Source: the human T2T-CHM13v2.0 reference genome, Homo sapiens
Strand: one strand, 5' to 3'
NCBI RefSeq assembly: GCF_009914755.1
Contig: NC_060948.1
Length of the DNA: 64,000 nucleotides
Under the pieces are notes generated by a model, which saw nothing but the letters and a program-made list of their open reading frames with translations, did not search any database and was not told the origin of the DNA. A program made the translations under genes and the position numbers. Shown one piece after another: positions 1 through 15,569 of this stretch. How positions within the stretch are numbered: the stretch's first letter is position 1; each line of letters opens with the position of its first letter.

Positions 1-764
1 ACTATTTGAAATTATATATAACTGTATAATATTTTATGTAAATATGTAATATAATATATATAACTATATAATATATTGTATATAACTATATATTATGTTA
101 TATATACTTTTATAACATAATTTACATAAAATATCATAATATAATATATATTATATTATTTCATATTACATAATATATATTACATATCACCCAATATAAC
201 TAACATACATAATATTATAATATAGATTATATTGTGTTATATTAAATATCATATATATCATGTATCATATATTCTATAATATATATTACACATTATATAA
301 TATGTATGTTGTCTATTATGTGATATATATAACTATATATATAATTATATTTTTATACATATAACTAGATAAACATGTAATTCTACATATTTTCATTTAT
401 AATATGTATAATTATATAATCATATATAATTATTTATATTCTATAAAAAATTTTATCATTATATAAATTATAATATATAAAAATTATAATATGTACTACA
501 AATATATATATTATATATCATATATGATATAGTACTATTGTTATATTTCATAATACATATAAATGTGTATTATGTTATCTATAATTATATAATTTCATAT
601 AAAAGATGTATAATATGTATCATAAATTATATATGTTGTGTAATATATATAGTATATATAAGATGACACAGGATAAATATTATATACTATGACATATAAA
701 ATATATGAGGTTATATGTTACATATAAGGCATAGCACATAACATGTAATATATATCATATATAA
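1..764. repeat. AT-rich degenerate (TA)n block, partial (cut by window start)
   Basis: Almost only A/T with TATA/TATAT runs; near-identical to 2421-3184. Confidence 0.9.
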
Positions 765-885
765 TTTTTTTTTAGACAGAATCTTGTCCTGTTGCACAGG
801 GTGGGGTACAATGGCGCCATCTTTGCTGACTGCAAATTCTGCCTCACGGGTCCAAGCGATTGTCCTCCCTCAGCCTCCCAGGTAG

Positions 886-915
886 CTGGGACTACACCAC
901 ACTGGGACTACACCA
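886..915 (+). repeat. Internal direct repeat in the Alu: CTGGGACTACACCA twice at 16-bp period (all units, with single-base variants in a few)
   Basis: ctgggactacacca-ca-ctgggactacacca at 886-899 and 902-915; the Alu consensus has a single CTGGGACTACA at this position. Confidence 0.9.
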
Positions 916-985
916 GCTGCCACCATGCCTAGCTAATTTTTTTGATTTTTAGTAGTGACAGCGTTTCACTGTATTGGCCAGGATG

Positions 986-994
986 GTCTTGATC
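986..994 (-). promoter_or_regulatory. Alu internal Pol III B-box remnant GATCAAGAC (representative; activity unknown)
   Basis: The reverse complement of gtcttgatc fits GWTCRANNC at the expected left-arm position. Confidence 0.5.
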
Positions 995-1056
995 TCTTCA
1001 CCTTGTGATCCCCTTGCCTTGGCCTCCAAATTTGCTGGGATTACAGGCCTGAGCCA

Positions 1057-1630
1057 AGATCCATATTTTTTAAATGAAAAAAAATTTCAAAGGTACTCTG
1101 CTTGGTACAATAATCAAATGTATAAACTGAGGAATAAAACATAACCATGAAACCTACTTATAACTGCATATGGAAAATACAGAGGATAATTTTTTAAATA
1201 ACATATTTTGAAAGCCTTAACTAGTAATTTGAAGAGTTGGCATTTGAAAGGCCAGTATGAATATACCTTCAAAGCAGCAACACAGGTTCCCCATGAGAAA
1301 AAGCAAACACAGGGAAAATAAAAACACAAAGGTTCAATCTCTTCTGACCTTTGAAAGACACAGCACAGACAGTGGTCCTTAGGACGAAGAGCAGGAGACC
1401 CCTAATTCCGTCACCATGGCGATAGGGCATAAACATTGCTGGGTGAGGGCACAATCCACATTGTGAGGTCCAACTGCTGCCAGGAAGACAGGAGTGCTTT
1501 TACATAGACCGAAAGGTCATTGAAGGCTCAGAGTTTTGTTTCAAGAACTGAATCCCAAGCCCACACGTTATTAGGCTGCGCTTCTTAAAACAAGTTATGA
1601 GATGGGAAAAAGGGCACCCACAAACATACG
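1057..1630. repeat. HSATI-like non-simple segment of the unit (representative copy; follows every Alu; boundaries approximate)
   Basis: ~570 bp of mixed-composition sequence between the Alu end (gagcca) and the start of the TA-rich block (catacgtatacattatgtatata); nearly invariant among units. The HSATI name rests on the known DYZ2 layout. Confidence 0.75.
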
Positions 1631-3476
<1,846 letters not shown>

Positions 3477-5604
3477 AGATCCATATTTTTTAAATGAAAA
3501 AAAATTTCAAAGGTACTCTGCTTGGTACAATAATCAAATGTATAAACTGAGGAATAAAACATAACCATGAAACCTACTTATAACTGCATATGGAAAATAC
3601 AGAGGATAATTTTTTAAATAACATATTTTGAAAGCCTTAACTAGTAATTTGAAGAGTTGGCATTTGAAAGGCCAGTATGAATATACCTTCAAAGCAGCAA
3701 CACAGGTTCCCCATGAGAAAAAGCAAACACAGGGAAAATAAAAACACAAAGGTTCAATCTCTTCTGACCTTTGAAAGACACAGCACAGACAGTGGTCCTT
3801 AGGACGAAGAGCAGGAGACCCCTAATTCCGTCACCATGGCGATAGGGCATAAACATTGCTGGGTGAGGGCACAATCCACATTGTGAGGTCCAACTGCTGC
3901 CAGGAAGACAGGAGTGCTTTTACATAGACCGAAAGGTCATTGAAGGCTCAGAGTTTTGTTTCAAGAACTGAATCCCAAGCCCACACGTTATTAGGCTGCG
4001 CTTCTTAAAACAAGTTATGAGATGGGAAAAAGGGCACCCACAAACATACGTATACATTATGTATATAATAATATACAGTATCATATATATAATATATATA
4101 ACCTATGTATAATATTGTTTTACATCCTGCATCTTATGTTATATATATTGTATAAAATATAATAATTGATAATATATAAGTTTTATAATTATACAATATG
4201 ACATATAGTATATATTATAATTTATGACATATATAATATATGTTATATGTCATATATAGAATATATTATACGGTTAATATACGTATTAAATATAAATTAT
4301 ACATTATATATATTATATATAATATATCTGTTATATATAATACCCATTATGCATAATATATATATTATGTCTATATTATATATAGTATAAAACAACATAT
4401 AATAATATATAATTGTATATATAAAATGCGACATATAATATATATTATATTTTATAACATATGTAATATATATTATATATTATATATAATACGTTGTATG
4501 TATAATACCTATATTAAATATATATTATATGACTATGTTATTAATTACGTGTCACATGTGTTATATATTATATATTTTACATAGAATATACCGGTTACAT
4601 ACAATATATACTATGTTACCTATAATGTATAATTTATTACATGTAAAATAAACAATGCAATATATTATGTATAATTTATAATATACAATATGTGGAATGT
4701 GATATATATAACATATAATATATGATATATGATATACAGTATATGATATATAACATACAATATATGATTCCTAATATATATGGTATACAATATATATTTT
4801 ATGATATGTATTCTATATGTTTTATATTCTGTTATATATAACTATTTGAAATTATATATAACTGTATAATATTTTATGTAAATATGTAATATAATATATA
4901 TAACTATATAATATATTGTATATAACTATATATTATGTTATATATACTTTTATAACATAATTTACATAAAATATCATAATATAATATATATTATATTATT
5001 TCATATTACATAATATATATTACATATCACCCAATATAACTAACATACATAATATTATAATATAGATTATATTGTGTTATATTAAATATCATATATATCA
5101 TGTATCATATATTCTATAATATATATTACACATTATATAATATGTATGTTGTCTATTATGTGATATATATAACTATATATATAATTATATTTTTATACAT
5201 ATAACTAGATAAACATGTAATTCTACATATTTTCATTTATAATATGTATAATTATATAATCATATATAATTATTTATATTCTATAAAAAATTTTATCATT
5301 ATATAAATTATAATATATAAAAATTATAATATGTACTACAAATATATATATTATATATCATATATGATATAGTACTATTGTTATATTTCATAATACATAT
5401 AAATGTGTATTATGTTATCTATAATTATATAATTTCATATAAAAGATGTATAATATGTATCATAAATTATATATGTTGTGTAATATATATAGTATATATA
5501 AGATGACACAGGATAAATATTATATACTATGACATATAAAATATATGAGGTTATATGTTACATATAAGGCATAGCACATAACATGTAATATATATCATAT
5601 ATAA

Positions 5605-5896
5605 TTTTTTTTTAGACAGAATCTTGTCCTGTTGCACAGGGTGGGGTACAATGGCGCCATCTTTGCTGACTGCAAATTCTGCCTCACGGGTCCAAGCGAT
5701 TGTCCTCCCTCAGCCTCCCAGGTAGCTGGGACTACACCACACTGGGACTACACCAGCTGCCACCATGCCTAGCTAATTTTTTTGATTTTTAGTAGTGACA
5801 GCGTTTCACTGTATTGGCCAGGATGGTCTTGATCTCTTCACCTTGTGATCCCCTTGCCTTGGCCTCCAAATTTGCTGGGATTACAGGCCTGAGCCA
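5605..5896 (-). mobile_element. Alu, unit 3
   Basis: Copy of 765-1056. Confidence 0.93.
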
Positions 5897-8001
5897 AGAT
5901 CCATATTTTTTAAATGAAAAAAAATTTCAAAGGTACTCTGCTTGGTACAATAATCAAATGTATAAACTGAGGAATAAAACATAACCATGAAACCTACTTA
6001 TAACTGCATATGGAAAATACAGAGGATAATTTTTTAAATAACATATTTTGAAAGCCTTAACTAGTAATTTGAAGAGTTGGCATTTGAAAGGCCAGTATGA
6101 ATATACCTTCAAAGCAGCAACACAGGTTCCCCATGAGAAAAAGCAAACACAGGGAAAATAAAAACACAAAGGTTCAATCTCTTCTGACCTTTGAAAGACA
6201 CAGCACAGACAGTGGTCCTTAGGACGAAGAGCAGGAGACCCCTAATTCCGTCACCATGGCGATAGGGCATAAACATTGCTGGGTGAGGGCACAATCCACA
6301 TTGTGAGGTCCAACTGCTGCCAGGAAGACAGGAGTGCTTTTACATAGACCGAAAGGTCATTGAAGGCTCAGAGTTTTGTTTCAAGAACTGAATCCCAAGC
6401 CCACACGTTATTAGGCTGCGCTTCTTAAAACAAGTTATGAGATGGGAAAAAGGGCACCCACAAACATACGTATACATTATGTATATAATAATATACAGTA
6501 TCATATATATAATATATATAACCTATGTATAATATTGTTTTACATCCTGCATCTAATGTTATATATATTGTATAAAATATAATAATTGATAATATATAAG
6601 TTTTATAATTATACAATATGACATATAGTATATATTATAATTTATGACATATATAATATATGTTATATGTCATATATAGAATATATTATACGGTTAATAT
6701 ACGTATTAAATATAAATTATACATTATATATATTATATATAATATATCTGTTATATATAATACCCATTATGCATAATATATATATTATGTCTATGTTATA
6801 TATAGCATAAAACAACATATAATAATATATAATTTTATATATATAATGCGACATATAATATATATTATATTTTATTACATATGTAATATATATTATATAT
6901 TATATATAATACGTTGTATGTATAATACCTATATTAAATATATATTATATGACTATGTTATTAATTACATGTCACATGCGTTATATATTATATATTTTAT
7001 ATAGAATATACCGGTTACATACAATATATACTATGTTACCTATAATGTATAATTTATTACATGTAAAACAAAGAATGCAATATATTATGTAAAATTTATA
7101 GTATACCATATGTGGAATGTGATATATATAACATATAATATATGATATATGATGTACAGTATATGATATATAACATACAATATATGATTCCTAATATATA
7201 TGGTATACAATATATATTTTATGTTATGTATTCTATATGTTTTATATTCTGTTATATATAACTATTTGAAATTATATATAACTGTATAATATTTTATGTA
7301 AATATGTAATATAATATATATAACTATATAATATATTATATATAACTATATATTATGTTATATATACTTTTATAACATAATTTACATAAAATATCATAAT
7401 ATAATATATGTTATATTATTTCATATTACATAATATATATTACATATCACCCAATATAACTAACATACATAATATTATAATATAGATTATATTATGTTAT
7501 ATTAAATATCATATATATCATGTATCATATATTCTATAATATATATTACACATTATATAATATGTATGTTGTCTATTATGTGATATATATAACTATATAT
7601 ATAATTATATTTTTATACATATAACTAGATAAACATGTAATTCTACATATTTTCATTTATAATATGTAGAATTATAAAATCATATATAATTATTTATATT
7701 CTATAAAAAATTTTATCATTATATAAATTATAATATATAAAAATTATAATATGTACTACAAATATATATATTATATATCATATATGATATAGTACCTTTG
7801 TTATATTTCATAATACATATAAATGTGTATTATGTTATCTATAATTATATAATTTCATATATAAGATGTATAATGTGTATCATATATTATATATGTTATG
7901 TAATATATATAGTATATATAAGATGACACAGGATAAATATTATATACTATGACATATAAAATATATGAGGTTATATGTTACATATAAGGCATAGCACATA
8001 A

Positions 8002-8316
<315 letters not shown>

Positions 8317-10442
8317 AGATCCATATTTTTTAAATGAAAAAAAATTTCAAAGGTACTCTGCTTGGTACAATAATCAAATGTATAAACTGAGGAATAAAAC
8401 ATAACCATGAAACCTACTTATAACTGCATATGGAAAATACAGAGGATAATTTTTTAAATAACATATTTTGAAAGCCTTAACTAGTAATTTGAAGAGTTGG
8501 CATTTGAAAGGCCAGTATGAATATACCTTCAAAGCAGCAACACAGGTTCCCCATGAGAAAAAGCAAACACAGGGAAAATAAAAACACAAAGGTTCAATCT
8601 CTTCTGACCTTTGAAAGACACAGCACAGACAGTGGTCCTTAGGACGAAGAGCAGGAGACCCCTAATTCCGTCACCATGGCGATAGGGCATAAACATTGCT
8701 GGGTGAGGGCACAATCCACATTGTGAGGTCCAACTGCTGCCAGGAAGACAGGAGTGCTTTTACATAGACCGAAAGGTCATTGAAGGCTCAGAGTTTTGTT
8801 TCAAGAACTGAATCCCAAGCCCACACGTTATTAGGCTGCGCTTCTTAAAACAAGTTATGAGATGGGAAAAAGGGCACCCAGAAACATACGTATACATTAT
8901 GTATATAATAATATACAGTATCATATATATAATATATATAACCTATGTATAATATTGTTTTACATCCTGCATCTTATGTTATATATATTGTATAAAATAT
9001 AATAATTGATAATATATAAGTTTTATAATTATACAATATGACATATAGTATATATTATAATTTATGACATATATAATATATGTTATATGTCATATATAGA
9101 ATATATTATACGGTTAATATACGTATTAAATATAAATTATACATTATATATATTATATATAATATATCTGTTATATATAATACCCATTATGCATAATATA
9201 TATATTATGTCTATGTTATATATAGTATAAAACAACATATAATAATATATAATTGTATATATAAAATGCGACATATAATATATATTATATTTTATAACAT
9301 ATGTAATATATATTATATATTATATATAATACGTTGTCTGTATAATACCTATATTAAATATATATTATATGACTATGTTATTAATTACATGTCACATGTG
9401 TTATATATTATATATTTTACATAGAATATACCGGTTACATACAATATATACTATGTTACCTATAATGTATAATTTATTACATGTAAAATAAAGAATGCAA
9501 TATATTATGTAAAATTTATAATATACCATATGTGGAATGTGATATATATAACATATAATATATGATATATGATATACAGTATATGATATATAACATACAA
9601 TATATGATTCCTAATATATATGGTATACAATATATATTTTATGATATGTATTCTTTATGTTTTATATTCTGTTATATATAACTATTTGAAATTATATATA
9701 ACTGTATAATATTTTATGTAAATATGTAATATAATATATATAACTATATAATATATTATATATAACTATATATTATGTTATATATACTTTTATAACATAA
9801 TTTACATAAAATATCATAATATAATATATATTATATTATTTCATATTACATAATATATATTACATATCACCCAATATAACTAACATACATAATATTATAA
9901 TATAGATTATATTATGTTATATTAAATATCATATATATCATGTATCATATATTCTATAATATATATTACACATTATATAATATGTATGTTGTCTATTATG
10001 TGATATATATAACTATATATAATTATATTTTTATACATATAACTAGATAAACATGTAATTCTACATATTTTCGTTTATAATATGTAGAATTATATAATCA
10101 TATATAATTATTTATATTCTATAAAAAATTTTATCATTATATAAATTATAATATATAAAAATTATAATATGTACTACAAATATATATATTATATATCATA
10201 TATGCTATAGTACCTTTGTTATATATCATAATACATATAAATGTGTATTATGTTATCTATAATTATATAATTTCATATATAAGATGTATAATGTGTATCA
10301 TATATTATATATGTTATGTAATCTATATAGTATATATAAGATGACACAGGATAAATATTATATACTATGACATATAAAATATATGAGGTTATATGTTACA
10401 TATAAGGCATAGCACATAACATGTAATATATATCATATATAA

Positions 10443-10734
10443 TTTTTTTTTAGACAGAATCTTGTCCTGTTGCACAGGGTGGGGTACAATGGCGCCATCT
10501 TTGCTCACTGCATCTTCTGCCTCACGGGTCCAAGCGATTGTCCTCCCTCAGCCTCCCAGGTAGCTGGGACTACACCACACTGGGACTACACCAGCTGCCA
10601 CCATGCCTAGCTAATTATTTGGATTTTTAGTAGTGACAGCGTTTCACTGTATTGGCCAGGATGGTCTTGACCTCTTCACCTTGTGATCCCCTTGTCTTGG
10701 CCTCCAAATTTGCTGTGATTACAGGCCTGAGCCA
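10443..10734 (-). mobile_element. Alu, unit 5 (W haplotype)
   Basis: Copy of 765-1056 with gcatct and ttgacctc variants. Confidence 0.93.
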
Positions 10735-12836
10735 AGATCCATATTTTTTAAATGAAAAAAAATTTCAAAGGTACTCTGCTTGGTACAATAATCAAATGTA
10801 TAAACTGAGGAATAAAACATAACCATGAAACCTACTTATAACTGCATATGGAAAATACAGAGGATAATTTTTTAAATAACATATTTTGAAAGCCTTAACT
10901 AGTAATTTGAAGAGCTGGCATTTGAAAGGCCAGTATGAATATACCTTCAAAGCAGCAACACAGGTTCCCCATGAGAAAAAGCAAACACAGGGAAAATAAA
11001 ACCACAAAGGTTCAATCTCTACTGACCTTTGAAAGACACAGCACAGACAGTGGTCCTTAGGACGAAGAGCAGGAGACCCCTAATTCCGTCACCATGGCGA
11101 TAGGGCATAAACATTGCTGGGTGAGGGCACAATCCACATTGTGAGGTCCAACTGCTGCCAGGAAGACAGGAGTGCTTTTACATAGACCGAAAGGTCATTG
11201 AAGGCTCAGAGTTTTCTTTCAAGAACTGAATCCCAAGCCCACACGTTATTAGGCTGCGCTTCTTAAAACAAGTTATGAGATGGGAAAAAGGGCACCCACA
11301 AACATACGTATACATTATGTATATAATAATATACAGTATCATATATATAATATATATAACCTATGTATAATATTGTTTTACATCCTGCATCTTATGTTAT
11401 ATATATTGTATAAAATATAATAATTGATAATATATAAGTTTTATAATTATACAATATGACATATAGTATATATTATAATTTATGACATATATAATATATG
11501 TTATATGTCATATATAGAATATATTATACGGTTAATATACGTATTAAATATAAATTATACATTATATATATTATATATAATATATCTGTTATATATAATA
11601 CCCATTATGCATAATATATATATTATGTCTATGTTATATATAGTATAAAACAACATATAATAATATATAATTGTATATATAAAATGCGACATATAATATA
11701 TATTATATTTTATAACATATGTAATATATATTATATATTATATATAATACGTTGTATGTATAATACCTATATTAAATATATATTATATGACTATGTTATT
11801 AATTACATGTCACATGTGTTATATATTATATATTTTACATAGAATATACCGGTTACATACAATATATACTATGTTACCTATAATGTATAATTTATTACAT
11901 GTAAAATAAAGAATGCAATATATTATGTATAATTTATAATATACCATATGTGGAATGTGATATATATAACATATAATATATGATATATGATATACAGTAT
12001 ATGATATATAACATACAATATATGATTCCTAATATATATGGTATACAATATATATTTTATGATATGTATTCTATATGTTTTATATTCTGTTATATATAAC
12101 TATTTGAAATTATATATAACTGTATATTTTATGTAAATATGTAATATAATATATATAACTATATAATATATTATATATAACTATATATTATGTTATATAT
12201 ACTTTTATAACATAATTTACATAAAATATCATAATATAATATATATTATATTATTTCATATTACATAATATATATTACATATCACCCAATATAACTAACA
12301 TACATAATATTATAATATAGATTATATTATGTTATATTAAATATCATATATATCATGTATCATATATTCTATAATATATATTACACATTATATAATATGT
12401 ATGTTGTCTATTATGTGATATATATAACTATATATATAATTATATTTTTATACATATAACTAGATAAACATGTAATTCTACATATTTTCATTTATAATAT
12501 GTAGAATTATAAAATCATATATAATTATTTATATTCTATAAAAAATTTTATCATTATATAAATTATAATATTTAAAAATTATAATATGTACTACAAATAT
12601 ATATATTATATATCATATATGATATAGTACCTTTGTTATATTTCATAATACATGTAAATGTGTATTATGTTATCTATAATTATATAATTTCATATATAAG
12701 ATGTATAATGTGTATCATATATTATATATGTTATGTAATATATATAGTATATATAAGATGACACAGGATAAATATTATATACTATGACATATAAAATATA
12801 TGAGGTTATATGTTACATATAAGGCATAGCACATAA

Positions 12837-13151
<315 letters not shown>

Positions 13152-15277
13152 AGATCCATATTTTTTAAATGAAAAAAAATTTCAAAGGTACTCTGCTTGG
13201 TACAATAATCAAATGTATAAACTGAGGAATAAAACATAACCATGAAACCTACTTATAACTGCATATGGAAAATACAGAGGATAATTTTTTAAATAACATA
13301 TTTTGAAAGCCTTAACTAGTAATTTGAAGAGTTGGCATTTGAAAGGCCAGTATGAATATACCTTCAAAGCAGCAACACAGGTTCCCCATGAGAAAAAGCA
13401 AACACAGGGAAAATAAAAACACAAAGGTTCAATCTCTTCTGACCTTTGAAAGACACAGCACAGACAGTGGTCCTTAGGACGAAGAGCAGGAGACCCCTAA
13501 TTCCGTCACCATGGCGATAGGGCATAAACATTGCTGGGTGAGGGCACAATCCACATTGTGAGGTCCAACTGCTGCCAGGAAGACAGGAGTGCTTTTACAT
13601 AGACCGAAAGGTCATTGAAGGCTCAGAGTTTTGTTTCAAGAACTGAATCCCAAGCCCACACGTTATTAGGCTGCGCTTCTTAAAACAAGTTATGAGATGG
13701 GAAAAAGGGCACCCACAAACATACGTATACATTATGTATATAATAATATACAGTATCATATATATAATATATATAACCTATGTATAATATTGTTTTACAT
13801 CCTGCATCTTAGGTTATATATATTGTATAAAATATAATAATTGATAATATATAAGTTTTATAATTATACAATATGACATATAGTATATATTATAATTTAT
13901 GACATATATAATATATGTTATATGTCATATATAGAATATATTATACGGTTAATATACGTATTAAATATAAATTATACATTATATATATTATATATAATAT
14001 ATCTGTTATATATAATACCCATTATGCATAATATATATATTATGTCTATGTTATATATAGTATAAAACAACATATAATAATATATAATTGTATATATAAA
14101 ATGCGACATATAATATATATTATATTTTATAACATATGTAATATATATTATATATTATATATAATACGTTGTCTGTATAATACCTATATTAAATATATAT
14201 TATATGACTATGTTATTAATTACATGTCACATGTGTTATATATTATATATTTTACATAGAATATACCGGTTACATACAATATATACTATGTTACCTATAA
14301 TGTATAATTTATTACATGTAAAATAAAGAATGCAATATATTATGTAAAATTTATAATATACCATATGTGGAATGTGATATATATAACATATAATATATGA
14401 TATATGATATACAGTATATTATATATAACATACAATATATGATTCCTAATATATATGGTATACAATATATATTTTATGATATGTATTCTTTATGTTTTAT
14501 ATTCTGTTATATATAACTATTTGAAATTATATATAACTGTATAATATTTTATGTAAATATGTAATATAATATATATAACTATATAATATATTATATATAA
14601 CTATATATTATGTTATATATACTTTTATAACATAATTTACATAAAATATCATAATATAATATATATTATATTATTTCATATTACATAATATATATTACAT
14701 ATCACCCAATATAACTAACATACATAATATTATAATATAGATTATATTATGTTATATTAAATATCATATATATCATGTATCATATATTCTATAATATATA
14801 TTACACATTATATAATATGTATGTTGTCTATTATGTGATATATATAACTATATATAATTATATTTTTATACATATAACTAGATAAACATGTAATTCTACA
14901 TATTTTCGTTTATAATATGTAGAATTATATAATCATATATAATTATTTATATTCTATAAAAAATTTTATCATTATATAAATTATAATATATAAAAATTAT
15001 AATATGTACTACAAATATATATATTATATATCATATATGCTATAGTACCTTTGTTATATATCATAATACATATAAATGTGTATTATGTTATCTATAATTA
15101 TATAATTTCATATATAAGATGTATAATGTGTATCATATATTATATATGTTATGTAATCTATATAGTATATATAAGATGACACAGGATAAATATTATATAC
15201 TATGACATATAAAATATATGAGGTTATATGTTACATATAAGGCATAGCACATAACATGTAATATATATCATATATAA

Positions 15278-15569
15278 TTTTTTTTTAGACAGAATCTTGT
15301 CCTGTTGCACAGGGTGGGGTACAATGGCGCCATCTTTGCTCACTGCATCTTCTGCCTCACGGGTCCAAGCGATTGTCCTCCCTCAGCCTCCCAGGTAGCT
15401 GGGAATACACCACACTGGGACTACACCAGCTGCCACCATGCCTAGCTAATTATTTGGATTTTTAGTAGTGACAGCGTTTCACTGTATTGGCCAGGATGGT
15501 CTTGACCTCTTCACCTTGTGATCCCCTTGCCTTGGCCTCCAAATTTGCTGGGATTACAGGCCTGAGCCA
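15278..15569 (-). mobile_element. Alu, unit 7 (W haplotype)
   Basis: Copy of 765-1056 with gcatct and ttgacctc variants. Confidence 0.93.

Larger units (their letters stand above)
765..1056 (-). mobile_element. Diverged Alu SINE, unit 1 (lacks ~12 bp at 5' end; 9-nt A tail)
   Basis: Antisense Alu hallmarks: tttttttttagacaga, cctcagcctcccaggtagctgggactaca, the linker ctaatttttttgatttttagtag, and gctgggattacaggcctgagcca. Confidence 0.95.

Noticed and set aside
750-1085. Target-site duplication around the Alu, or 27 independent Alu insertions
   Set aside because: No convincing direct repeat flanks the Alu. All copies share identical junctions and private mutations, which indicates a single insertion amplified with the unit.
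1114-1329. Recurring 71-aa minus-strand ORF (MCFYFPC...) intact in all 26 complete units
   Set aside because: Non-ATG start (the first codon is TTG), no recognisable domain. Its conservation is explained by near-identity of the whole satellite unit, not by coding selection.
1269-1454. Recurring 61-aa minus-strand ORF (MCPHPAM...)
   Set aside because: Short, overlaps the other ORF, no family similarity, and is broken by a stop in W-haplotype units.
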